Part shown: positions 60,177 to 64,000 of the stretch, piece after piece
How the letters are laid out: every line of letters starts with the position of its first letter
Position numbering within the stretch: the first letter of the stretch is position 1
Virus record (IMG/VR): IMGVR_UViG_3300027971_000039
Coordinates: 1 to 64,000 of that record
DNA length: 64,000 nucleotides
From: a virus
Strand: one strand, 5' to 3'
Translations under genes and position numbers: made by a program
The notes under the pieces: model-generated
Told to the model about the DNA's origin: nothing
Database searches by the model: none
Seen by the model: only the letters and a program-made list of their open reading frames with translations

Positions 60177-62539
60177 TTAGCTATTAACAATGTCAGTAAT
60201 AATGGTGTTACGACCGGGAGCCTGACAGAAGAGGGCCTGATCGGTGTAAAGGCGTAGCTCGTAAGCCGCGCTGTTCTCTAGGTCACGGAAGAACTCTTCA
60301 CCTTGACCGGGACGCTTGAAGGTGATATCGGTAGAACCGACGCGCATCCAGTCTTCAACGTTAAGAAGATAAGCATATCCTTGCTTAACATAAAGAGACG
60401 GCTCAATTTCAATCTCACCATTTTGTGAATGGAATTTGAGTGATTTTGATCCGTTTTCCATTTTAGCAGGACTGTAGCTCTGATCATACTTGCGTAGAGC
60501 AGCTTGGTCGGTGAGCATATTCTGCCAAGAACGGACGTTGACTAGAGCAAGAAGTGTACCTTCTTGACCTTTTTCAACGGCACGGGTTGCAGCCTGTCCG
60601 AGTTTGGTAAAGGATAGAGCAGCTGAAGCTGCGCTATAGGTGTTACCACGGAAGAGGTTGTAAGTTCCAACGTCGATGTTGAAGAGTGAACCTGAAGAAA
60701 CGGTTAGAATCTTGTGGATTCCAGCGAATTCGTTTCCGTAAGCCCCTTTGTGCCAAATAATATCACCAGAAGCGATGAGAGCAGCAACAGAAGAGTCACA
60801 GGTAACAGTCTGAGCAGACATGTCTACTGAAAGAACCTTAACAGATGCTTTTAAGGCACCAGTTGAAGGATCGCGAATTTCAATAGGCATTCCTTCTGCC
60901 CCTGCCCAGATACCAGGTGCCCATTCACCGGTTTCAATGGTGATAACTGCACCAAGTGCGGAGTCAACAACAGCATATCCAACCTGACCATAGAGCATTT
61001 CGATTTCGAGCTTCTTGGCCATAGAACGGAGCATGTTTGCCACTAGGAATTTAGTAGCATCCATGAAAGCCTTCTGACCACCGAGAGCAGCACGAGAAGC
61101 AGCGACATAGCCAAGGAGTGAACGGAGAACGGCTGGAGAGCCTTTCACCTGAGCGTCTTTGACTTGTCCTGCGACTGGAGCTTGTAAGTTAACAAATTCA
61201 AATACTTAATGTATTTGTGTGGGGCTCTTTATCCCCACAGTCCCATATTTCTATGGGATTGGACTATCTTTTTTTCCAAAAACAGCTATAAAATAATTTA
61301 CCATTGATTTATCTAAATTCATTAATTTAGCAATCTTATGTGGCGTATTATTATTGATATGTAAAGAAAGAATTTGTTCTTTCATTTCCATATACTTTTT
61401 TGGAAATCGAGGACTCGTGGAAGGATTATTAACATTTTCAGTCTCACCTTCTAGTCTCTGCGCGTGTCCAGAGATTTCTTCTGAACTTCCGCTCTGATTG
61501 GCATGAGAAAGATATTCAAACTTAAAATTTTTACGAATAACATTATATTTACAACTAGCTAAAATACTACTTCTAGAAATATTTAATTCTTTGCAAGCAT
61601 TTTTAAAAGAACTAAAAACATATACTTCTGATGTAATTGTATTTATCGCTTTCACACCAACAATATGATTTGTCGATTCTTTGTTTAATTTTTTATTTCT
61701 CATTTTTTGTTTTGTTTCGTTGTCAAAAGTGTAATCATTACCACCAGTGGTTAAATTATAACCATTTGGGCGTAATGTATTATAAAATTCAATAAAATAT
61801 TTTTCATAATAATTTAATGAATCTTTATCAAAACAAGAAATAATTTCTTCAAATATAAAGTTATTAAGGCCGTATTTTTTAAAAGCCTTACCCAAAATAC
61901 CAGATTTTGTCCACTTGTGTGCACCCCAACGTAAACGAACATTACGTTTGGTTTGACCAACGTATTGTTGTCCGTTAACTTTGTTAGTGATTAGGTAGAT
62001 TAATCCGTATTTCATTTTATCTTTCTTTTAGCGTTCCAGGTTTTTTCCTCAATTTTCACTATACTGTTACCAGTATAGGGCCCTTAACTTAACAAGTCAA
62101 GGCGTCTTCGTCTGATCCGGCAAAAGTCACTCCGTGTTCTAACATACTGTTATCATTGAGTTTTTCTCAATAGGCTGGTCATTTCTGCCAACCTCTACCG
62201 TTTCATTTTGTTATTTCGGTAGTTCGGACTATCGCATCAACTTTCGTTGCCAACTCGTTTAGTCTCTCACGGTGCTTTCGCTTCCGCCTTGTCACCCTCT
62301 ACAGGGCTTCCAAGTCAATTAGAGTCGGTTTAGGCTCGGCTTAGAAGTTAACCGAGGATAATTGGCTGGTGATATAAATTCCCAGGTTGCTTATCCTTGC
62401 TCATGAACTTGATCTTATTTAGCAACTTAACCCCATCTGGGATTAACTCTGCAAGACGATCGGCATAAGTTTCTTTGAAAAATCCATTCAATGTTCCAAC
62501 GGTATTATTTGGAGTACCGTAAGTATTTGCACTTGCCAT
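60177..62539 (-). CDS. major capsid protein, three exons (62539-62351, 62142-62100, 61192-60177; 415 aa spliced)
   Basis: Joining at group I splice sites gives ...HQPIILG|LEHGVTFAGSDEDA(F)|NLQAPVAGQVKDAQVKG... in frame; follows a scaffold-like gene and precedes a strong terminator. Confidence 0.85.
61193..62099 (-). mobile_element. group I intron 2 (907 nt) with homing endonuclease
   Basis: Exon ends in U, intron ends in G; P1 GCCU/GGGC, P10 AAGUUAA/UUAACUU, P3 AAUUGAGGA/UCCUCGAUU, P7 CAGAGACUA / AAGAUAGUCC. Confidence 0.92.
61251..62015 (-). CDS. intron-encoded GIY-YIG homing endonuclease
   Basis: GLIY.ITN..NG..YVGQT, R...H, E...I, GYNLT.GG, followed by NUMOD-like modules. Confidence 0.92.
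   Translation of the reverse strand: MKYGLIYLITNKVNGQQYVGQTKRNVRLRWGAHKWTKSGILGKAFKKYGLNNFIFEEIISCFDKDSLNYYEKYFIEFYNTLRPNGYNLTTGGNDYTFDNETKQKMRNKKLNKESTNHIVGVKAINTITSEVYVFSSFKNACKELNISRSSILASCKYNVIRKNFKFEYLSHANQSGSSEEISGHAQRLEGETENVNNPSTSPRFPKKYMEMKEQILSLHINNNTPHKIAKLMNLDKSMVNYFIAVFGKKDSPIP
62143..62350 (-). mobile_element. group I intron 1 (208 nt, ORF-less)
   Basis: P1 CUCGGU/GCCGAG with U.G, P10 UUCUAA/UUAGAA, P3 CCGACUC/GAGUUGG, P7 GAGACUA / GAUAGUCC, terminal G. Confidence 0.92.
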
Positions 62540-62562
62540 ATACTATATTTCCTTTCTATTAA

Positions 62563-62886
62563 TTATTCTTTTACAACGTATTTTAAAATAACACTGTCGG
62601 CAGCAACCATAGCTGCACTGAGTGTTAGAGTTACTTGTGAATCAGCAACGCCGCCAGAAGGAGTTCCAATTGCAATTCCAGCTTGAGCGATTAGATAAAC
62701 ACCAACGCTGTCGTCACAATGTAAAGCAGCCCGAACTTCAGCAACAGGCTCACCCACTTGAATTACAACATTGGTTCCTGCCCCAAGAGCAATAACACCA
62801 ATGTCTGATAGTTTTAAACAAAGTTCCTGCACTTTTAGTGCAACCGAAAGAACTTTGTCGTCTTTTGATTGATAAGAAATTGACAT
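62563..62886 (-). CDS. putative head decoration/minor capsid protein
   Basis: Small beta-rich ORF between scaffold and capsid genes. Confidence 0.45.
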   Translation of the reverse strand: MSISYQSKDDKVLSVALKVQELCLKLSDIGVIALGAGTNVVIQVGEPVAEVRAALHCDDSVGVYLIAQAGIAIGTPSGGVADSQVTLTLSAAMVAADSVILKYVVKE

Positions 62887-63006
62887 ATTATTTCCTATAT
62901 TTGGTTAAATGGTTAATAGTTAATTGCCTTGTAATCTTCTTAGATATTTCCACTCAGTATACCTGGTTATGGAAAGTCTTAGTTGACTACCCTATAAAAC
63001 AAACGA

Positions 63007-63942
63007 TCAAACTCCGAAAAAGTCCTTATAAGACATTTTCTTTTCAGGTTCTTTTACAGAAGTTTTACCGCCCGTATCTTTTACTGCTTTAGCCGAAGAA
63101 ACAGCAACTGCTTCTTTAGCCTTAGCAAGATTCTTTTTACGAAAATTAGCTAAACGCTGCTTTCCTAAAAACTGTTCTAATGCCTCATCTGGCATAGCGT
63201 TGATGAGGGTTTGAATATCTTTTTCAAGTTCTTGTTTTACAAGAGGAATAACATCTTCAGCAGAAACATCATATCCTTCTTGCAAAGCTACAAGCATATA
63301 ATCTGCAATCTTCTTAACCACATATGGTTCTTTAGGAAGATTAGAGCTTTCTAAAGCAGCGGTCATTTGCTGATCGTACTTCTCGTATGCTTGCTCTTGT
63401 AGTCGTTCAAATTCTTTTTGTTCGAATTGTTGTTTTTCTTGTTCACGTTCTTGTTTAAGAGAACGAAGTTCTTCTTCGATTCGTTCTTTTTCAAGTTGTT
63501 CAGGTGATTTTTGGGAGTTTTCAATTTCTTGTTCAATAATTTGTCTTGCTAATTCACGTTCATCAATACTAAGTTCTTTAAGAAGCTTGCGAGGGTTTTT
63601 AGTGCCTTCGGTGATTAGCTGACGAATTTCTTTTTCAAGCTGGGCATATTCTTGAGCGCGTTTTGTTCCCATGCGTGACATTTGAAGGTGGCGCTTCATG
63701 TATTCAATAGCTTCAGGATCATCTGGAATTTCAAATGGAAGATCTTCATCAATCTCACGTCCATCTACTTTTAGACGGAGAGAACGAAGCCTAGCTGCTT
63801 CTTTAACGGCAGCTTTTGCTTCTTGACTAGAGTTTTGGGTTGTTTCTGGGGCATCTGCAATTTCGGCAGAAGAAGATTCGAATACCTCGCTTGAGGTTTC
63901 GGGACTAGCTGATTGTACAGCTTGTGCTGATGAATTATCCAT
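63007..63942 (-). CDS. capsid scaffolding protein
   Basis: Acidic N-terminus, LKVDG.E motif, long charged coiled coil; upstream of the capsid gene. Confidence 0.7.
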   Translation of the reverse strand: MDNSSAQAVQSASPETSSEVFESSSAEIADAPETTQNSSQEAKAAVKEAARLRSLRLKVDGREIDEDLPFEIPDDPEAIEYMKRHLQMSRMGTKRAQEYAQLEKEIRQLITEGTKNPRKLLKELSIDERELARQIIEQEIENSQKSPEQLEKERIEEELRSLKQEREQEKQQFEQKEFERLQEQAYEKYDQQMTAALESSNLPKEPYVVKKIADYMLVALQEGYDVSAEDVIPLVKQELEKDIQTLINAMPDEALEQFLGKQRLANFRKKNLAKAKEAVAVSSAKAVKDTGGKTSVKEPEKKMSYKDFFGV

Positions 63943-64000
63943 AATATGATACCTTTTTTACGCCCTTACGGGTAGTTTAAAGTGAACCGCTCGACATGAG

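Noticed and set aside
60177-61148. Independent 323-aa gene starting at GTG, plus a 63-aa gene at 62348-62539
   Set aside because: These are exons of the intron-split capsid gene.
62348-62350. Stop-codon readthrough, alternative genetic code or pseudogene
   Set aside because: The TAA is the first three bases of intron 1; other long genes are intact in the standard code.

Overview
This window is a large part of an AT-rich, apparently lytic tailed dsDNA phage genome with podovirus-like morphogenesis genes. It has two convergent arms. The + strand (1-32.4 kb) carries early, host-takeover, nucleotide-metabolism, replication and lysis genes: DUF932, a T3-type SAM lyase, a CsrA-like protein, a DenV-like glycosylase, class II RNR, an AEP primase-helicase, family B DNA polymerase, dUTPase, a deaminase, two AAA ATPases, ClpP and tRNA-Asn. 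The - strand (32.3-64 kb) carries scaffold, major capsid, tail/fibre and ejection proteins. No terminase, portal or integrase was recognised in the window. Highlights: (1) the major capsid gene is split by two group I introns around a 43-nt exon, and one intron has a GIY-YIG ORF running through the ribozyme core; (2) a compact locus at 11.9-13.2 kb combines an LSm/Sm-fold protein, two Ser-X low-complexity peptides, two tandem tRNA-like structured RNAs with an identical core and swapped peripheral hairpins, and a third rearranged tRNA-like element; (3) next to it is a PLP enzyme closely matching the plant TAA1/alliinase family. All protein family calls come from motif recognition by eye, not from database searches.
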